Positions 11,901 to 23,900 of a stretch of 64,000 bases of DNA are shown piece by piece (the stretch's first letter is position 1; the number at the start of each line of letters is the position of its first letter). This stretch comes from Eledone cirrhosa (lineage: Eukaryota), in NCBI GenBank assembly GCA_964016885.1, contig OZ024759.1, positions 3,472,001-3,536,000 on the forward strand, written 5' to 3'. Made by a program: the position numbers and the translations under genes. Below the pieces are notes generated by a model, which saw only the letters and a program-made list of their open reading frames with translations, made no database searches and was not told the origin of the DNA.

Positions 11901-14900
11901 GTAAAGGCTTTACCTCACATAATGTTGAATCTACAAGATTTTAATATTATTTATTTTGAGAACAAAACCTTAACATCAGTATGAGTGACCAGTTGCAGCT
12001 GATTTGAACAGAGGTTAGAGATTTCTGGCCGGATATGGCCAGTTTAAATGCTAAAGGGTTAAACTGTTTACATTCCATTATAATTTCATGTAAGAACCTT
12101 TGTTAAGTTACATTCCAAACCACCTGAAACTGCCCCAGGTTCTATGCTACAAAATTGTTTATTCCAAAGCCTTTATATTATCTAAAAATCTTCCATCTAA
12201 TTTCATGTAAGAACCTTTGTTAAGTTACATTCCAAACCACCTGAAACTGCCCTTATTCCACTTTAAGTTTACGGTTCATTTCTTTTTCATTTAGAATTGT
12301 CTCCTGCAAGAACATAGATGAAAATGGATGAAAATGCACAAAAATTCAAACTGGTTATAATCAACAAGTAAAATCTTATTCATTTTTTTTTTTTTGGCAT
12401 GGCATTGGAAAAGCATCACACTGTCTAAAAAAGTCTGTCTTAAACCAGAAGGCTTGTTAGGCCAATGCTTATCTCGGTTTCATGGCATGAAGCAACTTGA
12501 AGTACAAGACACCTTGCTGTGAAGGCACATGTCTTAGTGGTTAGAGCATTGGGCTTGCAATCGAAAGGTTGTGAGTTCAATTCTTGAGCAAGACACTTTA
12601 TTTCACATTGCTCCAGTTTACTCAGCTGTAGAAATGAAATGATAGGACTGGGGTCCCTATCATTAAATTACTCTAGACACCTCCAACGAGATATACCTTG
12701 GAGGAGGCCAGCTAAACCTGCATATGTGTGAGCTGTAACAACAACAACCTCGCTGGACAGGACACCAGTCCATCACAGGGTTAAACCTCCAGCTATTACT
12801 GGTACTCATTTTCAGCTATATAATACAATATATTTTTCGTTAGGCTGGTGCTTATCTCTGTTTCATGGCGTGAAGCGACTGGGAGTACAAGATTCCCCCC
12901 TGGACAGGACACCAGTCCATCACAGGGTTAAACTTCCAGCTATTACTGGTACTCATTTTCAGCTGAGTATACTGGAGCAATGTGAAGTGAAGTGTTTTGC
13001 TCAAGAACACAACATGTAACCCAGCCCAGGAATTGAACCCATGACATTATGATTCTAAGTCCAACACCCTTACCACTAGGCAATGCACCAAACTGTGCAA
13101 CTCCTAAATATTTTTGTATCTCCTCGTGTTTGTGTTTTTGTAGTTTTTATGTCAAATGAATTCAGAGCATAATCGACATGTGATGATTTCAACTAAAACC
13201 TGTTTCCCTATAAATATGAAACACCCTAATATATATGTATATATGTTAAAGGTATATTATAAAGAGAAAGGACCTGCTGGCTGAGCTCTTGCTCTTTATA
13301 AAATAGCCATGCTCTACTACCGCGGGCTTTGTGTTGTGTTCTTGAGCAAGACACTTTATTTCACGTTGCTCCAGTTCACTCAGCTGTGGAAATAGGTTGC
13401 GATGTCACTGGTGCCAAGCTGTATCGGCCATTGCCTTTCCCTTGGACAATATCAGTGGCATAGAGAGGGGAGGCTGTTATGCATGGGCTACTGCTGGTCT
13501 TCCACAAAACAACCTTGCCCAGACTTGTGCCTTGGAGGGGAACTTTCTAGACTCAAATTCTATGGTCATTCGTGACCGAAGGATCTCTTTACCTTTTACC
13601 CTTACTAACCCATGTATCGAATACTCTGTTCAGTAATGGTCTAACTAGTTTTAAACTGGTTCTATCCTGATTTATGTTAAAGGTATAAAGGTATCTATAT
13701 ACTTATGAAAGACCTCCACTTCACACATGCTAAGGCTAGGTCCTGACAGCAGAATTATTGTGATTTTGTTGCCCTTAACAGGACTAGAACATTGCACATC
13801 AATAACTTTTGTCTTCTCTAGATTGGAAATCTTCTCACATATTCTGTGTTTTTTGTCTTTTGATACCAACACTATTATTGAGAATTTATTTTGTGCTGCA
13901 GAAAAACATGGTAAGAAAGTTAAAACAAAAAACAAATAGCAATGGTATTTGGTGGTGATGGTGGTGAGGAGGAGGGAGATTTGGGTGAAGTTTAGTCAAA
14001 AACTGATTGGCAAACATGGGCTTGGACCAGTGCAAGATTTAGGGCACATGAAGCCCTGTGCTAGTTATGTTATGAGGCCTCTTACTCGTAAAAAATTCAT
14101 CATAAAAAATTGTGCCAAATTTAGAATTAACCCTTTAGCATTTAAACCGGTTGTATTCGGCCAGAATTTTCTCAACTCTTTCTATTCAAACTGGCTGTAA
14201 CTGGACACTCATACTTATATTAAGGTATTGTTCTCAAAATAAATAACATCAAAATCTCATAGATTCGATATTATGTGAGATAATTATGAGGGCGGTGGAT
14301 TGGCAGTATCGGTAGAGGGTCGGACGCCATGCTTTGCTGCATAGAGTTACGGCCCTTTATGATTTGAGTTCAATCCTGCCGATGTTAACTTTGCATTTCA
14401 TCCTTATGGGGTTGATAAAATAAAGTACCAGTCACTCACTGGGGTTGATTTAATCGACGTTCCCCCTACCCCAAAATTGCTGGCCTTGTGCCTATATAAA
14501 AAACCATTATGTGAGATAATTATGAGGTAAAGCCTTTACTGTGACAATACAATAGTATATATAGAGTAATGTAAATGTTGTGTGAGATATTATGTGAGGT
14601 AAAGCCTTTACTGTGACAATACAATAGTATATATAGAGTAATGTAAATGTTATGTGAGGTATTATGTGAGGTAAAGCCTTTACTGTGACAATACAATAGT
14701 ATATATAGAGTAAAGTAAATGTTATGTGAGATATTATGTGAGGTAAAGCCTCTACTGTGACAATACAATAGTATATATAGAGTAATGTAAATGTTATGTG
14801 AGGTATTATGTGAGGTAAAGCCTTTACTGTGACAATACAATAGTATATATAGAGTAATGTAAATGTTATGTGAGATATTATGTGAGGTAAAGCCTTTACT

Positions 14901-17900
14901 GTGACAATACAATAGTATATATAGAGTAATGTAAATGTTATGTGAGATATTATGTGAGGTAAAGCCTCTACTGTGACAATACAATAGTATATATAGAGTA
15001 ATGTAAATGTTATGTGAGATATTATGTGAGGTAAAGCCTCTACTGTGACAATACAATAGTATATATAGAGTAATGTAAATGTTATGTGAGGTATTATGTG
15101 AGGTAAAGCCTTTACTGTGACAATACAATAGTATATATAGAGTAATGTAAATGTTATGTGAGATATTATGTGAGGTAAAGCCTTTACTGTGACAATACAA
15201 TAGTATATATAGAGTAATGTAAATGTTATGTGAGATATTATGTGAGGTAAAGCCTCTACTGTGACAATACAATAGTATATATAGAGTAATGTAAATGTTA
15301 TGTGAGGTATTATGTGAGGTAAAGCCTTTACTGTGACAATACAATAGTATATATAGAGTAATCTAAATGTTATGTGAGGTATTATGTGAGGTAAAGCCTT
15401 TACTGTGACAATACAATAGTATATATAGAGTAATCTAAATGTTATGTGAGGTATTATGTGAGGTAAAGCCTTTACTGTGACAATACAATAGTATATATAG
15501 AGTAATCTAAATGTTATGTGAGGTATTATGTGAGGTAAAGCCTCTACTGTGACAATACAATAGTATATATAGAGTAATGTAAATGTTATGTGAGATATTA
15601 TGTGAGGTAAAGCCTTTACTGTGAAAATACAATAGTATATATAGAGTAATGTAAATGTTATGTGAGATATTATGTGAGGTAAAGCCTTTACTGTGACAAT
15701 ACAATAGTATATATAGAGTAATGTAAATGTTATGTGAGGTATTATGTGAGGTAAAGCCTTTACTGTGACAATACAATAGTATATATAGAGTAATCTAAAT
15801 GTTATGTGAGGTATTATGTGAGGTAAAGCCTTTACTGTGAAAATACAATAGTATATATAGAGTGGTTTCTTTATTTGCCACTAGGGCACAAAAGGTAGGG
15901 ACAGATACAAGGGGGGAAGTTTACATATAATTAACGAGTACAAAAATATAACAATGAAATAACAACAACAAACGAAGTCCTCAATAGGGAGGGGGCATTA
16001 ACATGGGTCGCACACACCCCGGAAAAAATGTGCAACCCTTCTCCTCAGGAGCACAAAGAGTAGGTGCTTCCCTCGTCTCCTCTTTTTCCTGTTCTTTCAC
16101 CTACAGGCTGATATAGAGAGAAGACCCATTCACTCTGGCCATTCTCCCTACTTTCACCCACCTTTCATAAAACTTGCTGGGGTAGAGCACCTCTCTCTCC
16201 ATTCTGATCCTTCTTTTAAAATGGTATTTGAAAAAGAGGACCAGTTGTTGGCCGGAGAGAAAGGTGTCTGACCTCAGCCCTTTCAGCCTCGTCCACCATA
16301 CAACTTCTTTAGCCATGGCTATCACACAGAGAAAAACCGCCTCTCCTTCGTTTTTGAAAGGGGGAGGCGCTTTGATCGTGACAATGGACTCGGTGGTCAA
16401 CCGGATTGGTTCCACCCTCAACAGTAGTCGTTCCACATAGCCCCACAGGTCAGCAATGCCTGGGCAGTGTACGAATGCGTGCGCAACGGTTTCGTCATCA
16501 TGCACGCATCTCGGACAGATCTTATTCAAAGGATCTCTACCTAGGCTCCCATGCCTGTGGAGCTTGTCTCGAACGGGTAGAGCCCCTCGGTAGCACTGCC
16601 AAGCCAGGGACTTTTGGAAGTTGTCCATCGGTCCAGGGCCAAACGTCCTACCGAACAGACTGGCCAGTTCATCTTCCTCTATGCCTAGAGCTTCTCCGAG
16701 AGCATCGTCGCACCTGCTGCGTACCAACCCTCTATAGAATGTCGAGGTGGAGTCTCCACTGATTGCCGGGTCCGCTTTCCAGAGGGCCGTGAGCGCCTGG
16801 GCACATTCAATGTGCCAGTCGCCCACTTTTCTCGGTCTTTGCTTGACCCAGGATTGCAGCTCGGTGAGCGAGACGAGTCTGGGAAAGGCTCGCCTCACAA
16901 ACGGGGCCCACACCGGTTGACCGGTGAGGAATACCTGGAGGTGCCGTAGCCTTAATGCGTATTTACGCATCTGTAGCCACGGCATCCCCAGCCCTCCTTT
17001 CGAAGGGTGTTGACAGCAGATGGATCTCCTCACCAAAGGGGTCCGCTTGTTCCAAAGAAATTGGAACAGCGCGCACTCCATTTTGGCGAGTCTTTTCACT
17101 GGGCAAGGCACGACGGTCAAGCGGTAGTAGATGACGGATGCTATATAAGTATTCGCCACCTCCGCTCGACCTTTCAGGGATAGTTTGCACTGGGCCCACT
17201 TCTGGGTGAGTGCAAACAGCCTGGCCGTTACCTCGTTCCAGTTTTTCTCCACCTGGAGGTCTGGTCCGAACCAGACCCCAAGCAGCTTCACCGGGCCCTC
17301 CGTCCAGCGTCCGAGGACGTCGTTGGAGGGCATCGGTTTGCCTCTCCATGTTCCGAGTTGCAAACCGACGGACTTGTCCCGGTTCAGCTTGGCTCCTGTA
17401 AACCTTTCATATTCCTCCAGTAAGGTGCCGATCTCACCGATTTGCGAGGTTTTCGACACCATTACTGTCACGTCATCGGCGTAGGCCGACGCCGCTTTCT
17501 GCAATCCCGGTTCCAAAGGGATGCCCTGCAACCGCTCCAACTTCCGCAGTAGTGGCTCAAGAGCCAGCACATACAGTAGGGAGGAGAGAGGGTATCCCTG
17601 TTGGATGGATCGCATGATTTGGAATGGCTCCGAGAGGTGGCCGTTCACCTTGACCCTTGAGCAGACGTTGCTGCTGTGCATCGCAGCAATCCAACCCCTG
17701 AAAACGGGTCCGAAGCCTGCCGCCGCGAGCACCGCATCCAGGTAACGATGGTCAACCCTATCGAAAGCTTTAGATTGATCCAAGTTGATCAGGGCCCCAC
17801 CCCAAAGCCGGTTTCATTCCCTACCCTCTCTATGATGTATCGCATAAGGTGGAGATTGTCGTGAATGGACCTGGACGGGATTGTGCATGTCTGCGCTTCT

Positions 17901-20900
17901 CCCACCAGGTTTCCAACGACAAGCGCCAACCTCTTCGCTAACACCTTGGCCAAAATCTTTAACTCTGTATTTAGCAGAGTTATGGGCCTGAAGTTATTTA
18001 TGTCATCCCCCTTGTTCTCATCCTTCCTCACCAGCGTAACTACGCCCTTGGTCACAGAACTGGGAATTCTCCCGTTCTGCTGCCAGTTGCAGTAGACAGC
18101 TTCGAAGATATCGGAGAACAAGTCCGGCATCGCTACATATAGCTCGTATGGTAGACCATCGAGACCCGGGGATTTGCGTTTGCTGCATTGGCTCAGCGCC
18201 GCCCCTATCTCAGCAGCTGAAATCGTCCTTTCGCAGGACTTCGCCTCCGCGTCCGAGAGGCGCGGCAGACCGTCGAGGTATGGATTGAAATCCATAGTCT
18301 CACCCGGCGCGCCGCCCCTCTCGAACAGTCATGCAAAGTGCCACTGAAAGGCCGCACACATCTGCCCAGGTTCAAGGATCACACGCCCATCCTGGTCCTT
18401 CAAAGACCGAATCGTGGACTTGTTACCACTTTTTGCCTCTGTCACTCGGGCCCAGCTCACAGCTTTGGCTCCCTCATTACCCAGAGCACGTATTTTACTC
18501 CTGACAACGCAGCCTTCATGCTTCACCTCAAAGAACTGGTCTAAGGCCATTCTTGATGCCAGCACGCCGGCTACATTGCCACTCCTAATCGCCTCATCTA
18601 CTCTATCTACTAATTCCCTTTCCGTCTTGTTCCTATCCCTTGCTAATTCCTGACTAAAACCTATCGATTCTATTCTAATTGCTCTCTTAAGAGAGATTTA
18701 CCACCTGTTGTTGACAATTGCCCCTGTCAAACTCTGCTTAACTAACGTGCTAATCCGTTTACTGTAAGCTTTGCTTCTCGGTAAGGACAAGTTCAGCTTC
18801 CAGTAACCGGGTCCCTGTCTATGGGTTCTATCAAGGTTGGCTATGCAGGTCACTAACTTGTGATCCGAATAGTCAACCATGAACATTTTTGGACAGCTAA
18901 ATGTGTCCCTATCCTTCTCTCTAACTAGGACCCTATCTAGGTACGACCTAGATGTTCCACTGCGATTGGTCCACGTCCATAGTGGTACAGTCGGAAAATC
19001 TAGTCGATATCTATCGGCCAGGTCAAATCGGCCGATTAACCTTTTGAGGCTTTTACACCCCCCTCTATTGGCACATGCCCCTACATAGTCCCAACGTGCA
19101 TCCAGGATACCATTCCAGTCCCCCACTAAAAGCAAGGAGCGGGACGTTCCCAGAAAAGTTTCCAGACGTTGGAAGTATTCCGGCCGCGCTGCCCAAAAAG
19201 GGGCGTACACAGCTATTAGTCTAAGGGCTCCACTTTCACTACTGCCGACGTCTAAAACCACCAGTCGACCCTCCGGGTCCAGGTGCACCTTCTGTATGGC
19301 GAGGCCCAGGTGTTTTCGCAGCAGAACAACAACTCCACCCCCACCCCCCCCCACCCGGTTGACAGAGAGATGCGAAGATCTCAAAGTCGTCGAAGAGGGG
19401 CGCCAGTTGGTGCTCGCTGCTGATCCTGGACTCGCAAATAGCCATTACATCCATTCTATGCGACCTGAGATCGTTTAAAAGTTTGCCTTGTTTCCAAGAC
19501 AGTCCCAGGCCGCGTACATTCAGACACCCAACTCTTATATCAGCCATGTTGGTTAAAAGAGGAAGGACCTACCTGTTCGGCTCCTGAGGAGCAGGTTGCA
19601 CAATATCCATGGGCGTATTGGAGGGGTTGTTTGGTGGGGTGTTGTTCTGTGGTGGAGTGGGGGTGTTTGGTGAGGTGTGGGTGGGGAAACGTTTCAAGAG
19701 GACGCGGTTATAGGGTCGAGTACATGTTTTCCCCACGTCCTCAGGAAAGTTCTCTCTTAGTTTTGCATAGGTGTCCATTGGGAGTCTTATCATTTTTAAA
19801 TGCGGTTTGTTGGCCGCGCTTGCAAAGAATTGCCCTTCAGTTTCCACCGAAGGGTCTTTGTGTATTGTTTTTACTAGTTCTTTGTTATTTGTGTTAATGT
19901 ATGTATACTGTTTTATTTGTGTTGTGTTTGTTTGTTGTTCTTGTGTGTGCTTACGTTTTGTTGTATGTGTTATGTTTTGGGGTGGGGCGGATTTTGTTTG
20001 TTCTGTTTGTTTTGTTTTTGTTGGTGGTTGTGTGTTTGTTTCGTTTATGTTCGAGTGGTGCTTTCTTTTTTTCCTTTTTACAGGTTGGAAGGGTTCCTCT
20101 TCTTCGTCACTAGGTGCCGTTTCAGCTGGGTCCTCGTCCGTGTTGTCGGGTAGTGGTGTATTTTGGGGTTTTGTTGTATTTGTGTGTGTTTTGGGAGTTG
20201 TTTTGGGTGGGGCCGTGTCTTGTGTTATTTTTCCGTGTTGTTTTTGTTGTTGTTGTGGTGGTGGCGGTGGTGGTGTGTGGGGTGTAGGCAAAAGAGCCTT
20301 TTTTTTGTCAATTGAGGACAAGCAGCCCTTAGATGACCCCTGCTTGAACAGTAGTAACATATGGGCCTCCTACCCTCGGCTGAAATGTATATAAATGTTT
20401 CTCCATCGAGGGACACCCTCTGTGGTATTCTAGCTATTCGTTCTGATCTCATTTGGACCAGAACCTCCACGCTCAAACCGCCGAAAACGTCTGTGGTGAC
20501 TTCTCCTACTGAGAGGATTCCGTCCTCGTCTTCTAAAAATCCTGTTAGTACCCAGGAAATGCATGCATTTGGCCGGATTCCGGAGACCCTTATCTTCTGC
20601 GTTCTTTTCCCTAAATATGTGGGGAAAAATGTATGTAGCTTGGAAACAATTGGCGCCACAGAGTATTTCCTGGCCGTCAATTGATCCTTCATTAGGACCG
20701 TTATATTCCCATAGAGTGGCCCTTTTTGTATGAACGATATATCACTCCACACATTTTTTAGGACCAGCTCAATCTCTTTTTGGGATAATTGAGCTGGTTT
20801 CCTTGTTATGTTGGAAATTGTTCTGAAAGATATCGTTCTTAGCGTCGTGTCTCTTTTGATTTCTTGTGGGGAGGTGATTGTGAAGTCTCCTCCTTCTTTG

Positions 20901-23900
20901 AAAGTTACATACTGTTTCGCTTCCTTCATCTTTTCTCTCAGAGTTGTAATGTCCAGTTGCTTGCAGGTTTGTGTTTTCCGGACCGCCTGTGCAAAGGAGG
21001 CACCAGTAGTGGGTTCGCTTTGTTTGGTGTTATCGTTATTTTTTCCTTGGTTGGTGTTGTGACTATTGCTGTTATTGTCGTTGTTGTTTTTGTCTGCGTT
21101 TATGTGACTTTCTGGGTTTTCACCCATTTTTACAAATTTTTCTTTTAATTCCGTGTTCCATGTTTCTTTTGCAGAAGTGAGGAGGGAAGACTTAGAGCCT
21201 TGTGGTTCTAGCTTCTCTGTATCACCTTTCTTAGGGGGCGTGGCTTTCACGTTAGGATGAGATGTGAAAATTCCGTCCATTTCTATTAGTTTGCACACGT
21301 CAACACACGTCTCTCGTATACGAGATGTTATGTGAGATAAAGCCTTTACTGTGAAAATACAATAGTATATATAGAGTAATGTAAATGTTATGTGAGATAT
21401 TATGTGAGGTAAAGCCTTTACTGTGACAATACAATAGTATATATAGAGTAATGTAAATGTTACGTGAGATATTATGTGAGGTAAAGCCTTTACCACAAAA
21501 ATACAATAGTATATATAGAGTAATGTAAATGTTATGTGAGATATTATGTGAGGTAAAGCCTTTACTGTGAAAATACAATAGTATATATAGAGTAATGTAA
21601 ATGTTATGTGAGATATTATGTGAGGTAAAGCCTCTACTGTGAAAATACAATAGTATATAAAGAGTAATGTAAATGTTATGTGAGATATTATGTGAAGTAA
21701 AGCCTTTACTGTGACAATACAATAGTATATATAGAGTAATGTAAATGTTATGTGAGGTATCATGTGAGGAAAAGCCTCTACTGTGACAATACAATAGTAT
21801 ATATAGAGTCATGTAAATGTTATGTGAGATATTATGTGAGGTAATGCCTTTACCACAAAAATACAATAATATATATAGAGTAATGTAAATGTTGTATGAG
21901 GCATTATGTGAGGTAAAGCCTTTACTGTGAAAATACAATAGTATATATAGAGTCATGTAAATGTTATGTGAGATATTATGTGAGGTAAAGCCTTTACTAC
22001 AAAAATACAATAGTATATATAGAGTAATGTAAATGTTACGTGAGATATTACGTGAGGTAAAGCCTTTACTGTGAAAATACAATAGTATATATAGAGTCAT
22101 GTAAATGTTATATGAGGTATTATGTGAGGTAAAGCCTCTACTGTGAAAATACAATAGTATATATAGAGTCATGTAAATGTTATATGAGGTATTATGTGAG
22201 GTAAAGCCTCTACTGTGACAATACAATAGTATATATAGAATAATGTAAATGTTATGTGAGGTATTATTTGAGGTAAAGCCTTTACTGTGACAATACAATA
22301 GTATATATAGAGTAATGTAAATGTTATGTGAGATATTATGTGAGGTAAAGCCTTTACTGTGACAATACAATAGTATATATAGAGTAATGTAAATGTTATG
22401 TGAGATATTATGTGAGGTAAAGCCTTTACTGTGAAAATACAATAGTATATATAGAGTAATGTAAATGCTAAAGAGTTAAAACATAACTTAACAAATGTTC
22501 TTACATAAAGTTAGGATAGAAGGTTTTAAGATAGTTATAAACATTTTATCATAAACTAAGATGCGTGGCTCTGTGTTTAGAGTATTCGCCTCACAATCGT
22601 AAGGTCATGAGTTTGTTTACCAGCGGAGTGTTGTGTCCTTGAGCAAGACACTTTATTTCATATTGTTCCAGTTCACTCAGCTGGCAAAAATGAGTTGTAC
22701 CTGTAATTCAAAGGGTCAGCCTTGTCACACTCTGTGACATGCTGAATCTCCCCGAGAGCTATGTTAACCCTTTAGCATTTAAACTGGCCATATCCGGCCA
22801 GAATTCTCTCACCTCTTTCTGTTCAAACCAGCCATAACTGGCTGCTCATACTTATGTGAAGGTATTGTTCTCAAAATATATAATATCAAAATCTCATAGA
22901 TTTGATATTATGTGAGATAATTATGTAAGATAAAGCCTTTACCACAAAAATGTAATATTAGATATGGAGTAATGTAAATGCTAAAGGGCTAAGGGTATGC
23001 ATGTCTGTGGAATACTAAGCCACTTGCACGTTAATTTCATGAGCAGGCTGTTCCAGTAATAGTGTCAACTGGAACACTCATTGTTGTAACCGACAGTGCC
23101 AGTTCAAGTTCAAGGGGTAGAGTTGATTCAGACAGTTTGGTATCCAAACAGTTAAACAATTAGGAACATGTGTGTTTCATGCCATTTATAAATAAATGTC
23201 TTTAGGTGACATTCTAGAACAGAAGTTCTCAAACTTTTTGGGGCCATCGCCCCCCACAGGGCCTTGTAATACCCTCTAAAACGCCACACCTATTTCCAGA
23301 GAGACCTACCTACAAGCAAATTGTAAATAATATAAAAAAAAGGAACGATGGACTTTCGTCAAATCGGACCGAGGAAACAATGTTTCCGTTGGTCTTTCCA
23401 ATTGCTAATACTATCTATCGGTCGCAACTCCAGGTAGAAGGAGCAACGTGAAATAAAGTAAATAATATATAATACATAAAATGGTTGATATATAATAAAT
23501 AATTCTTTCTACTTTTGGCACAAGGCCAGCAATTACTCCAGTATATTACTGGTACTGTATTTTATCGACCAAGTAAAGGTGAAAGCAAAATTAACCTAGG
23601 AGGGATTTAAAGTCAGATCATAAGGGGCCGTAACTCTATGCTGCAAAGCATGGTGTCCTACCTTCTATAATATATCGACAGTCGATCAACTTCCATCAAA
23701 TTGGACCACGGAATCAATGCTTCCATTGGTCTTTCCAATTGCTTGGCAGTTCTTTACCCAGCTGTCATCCACCATGCGCATCACATGTCCATACCAACAC
23801 AGTCTTCTCTCCCACACACTACAACTTATCCCTCTTATACACAGTTTCTCTCTCAACTCGTCTATACTTTGTCGTTCACATACATTGACATCACACATGC

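Larger units (their letters stand above)
15864..21325 (-). mobile_element. Near full-length Tx1/L1-superfamily non-LTR retrotransposon (~5.5 kb)
   Basis: ORF1 with a CCHC knuckle, ORF2 with APE endonuclease, RT and a C-terminal Cys/His motif, and a 3' UTR ending in AATAAA (15870-15875, minus strand). Confidence 0.9.
14131..22475. mobile_element. Same piggyBac-like MITE inflated to 8.3 kb by a SINE, a ~35-unit 72-bp array and a Tx1-like LINE
   Basis: Left end ttaa|CCCTTTAGCATTTAAACCGG at 14131 and right end TAAATGCTAAAGAG|ttaa at 22475; the interior matches the 221-bp monomeric copy at 22768-22988. Confidence 0.8.

Noticed and set aside
13701-13706. U12-type AT-AC intron as the explanation for the AT donor
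   Set aside because: It lacks the ATATCCTT consensus and the downstream acceptor is AG.
20225-21763. 512-aa ORF fusing satellite repeats to LINE ORF1
   Set aside because: A stop-free satellite frame happens to abut the LINE 5' end; the likely real start is the ATG at 21280.
14520-22442. Satellite ORFs (HSKGFTSHNISHNIYITLYILLYC)n
   Set aside because: The 72-bp unit is divisible by 3 and derives from a MITE interior.
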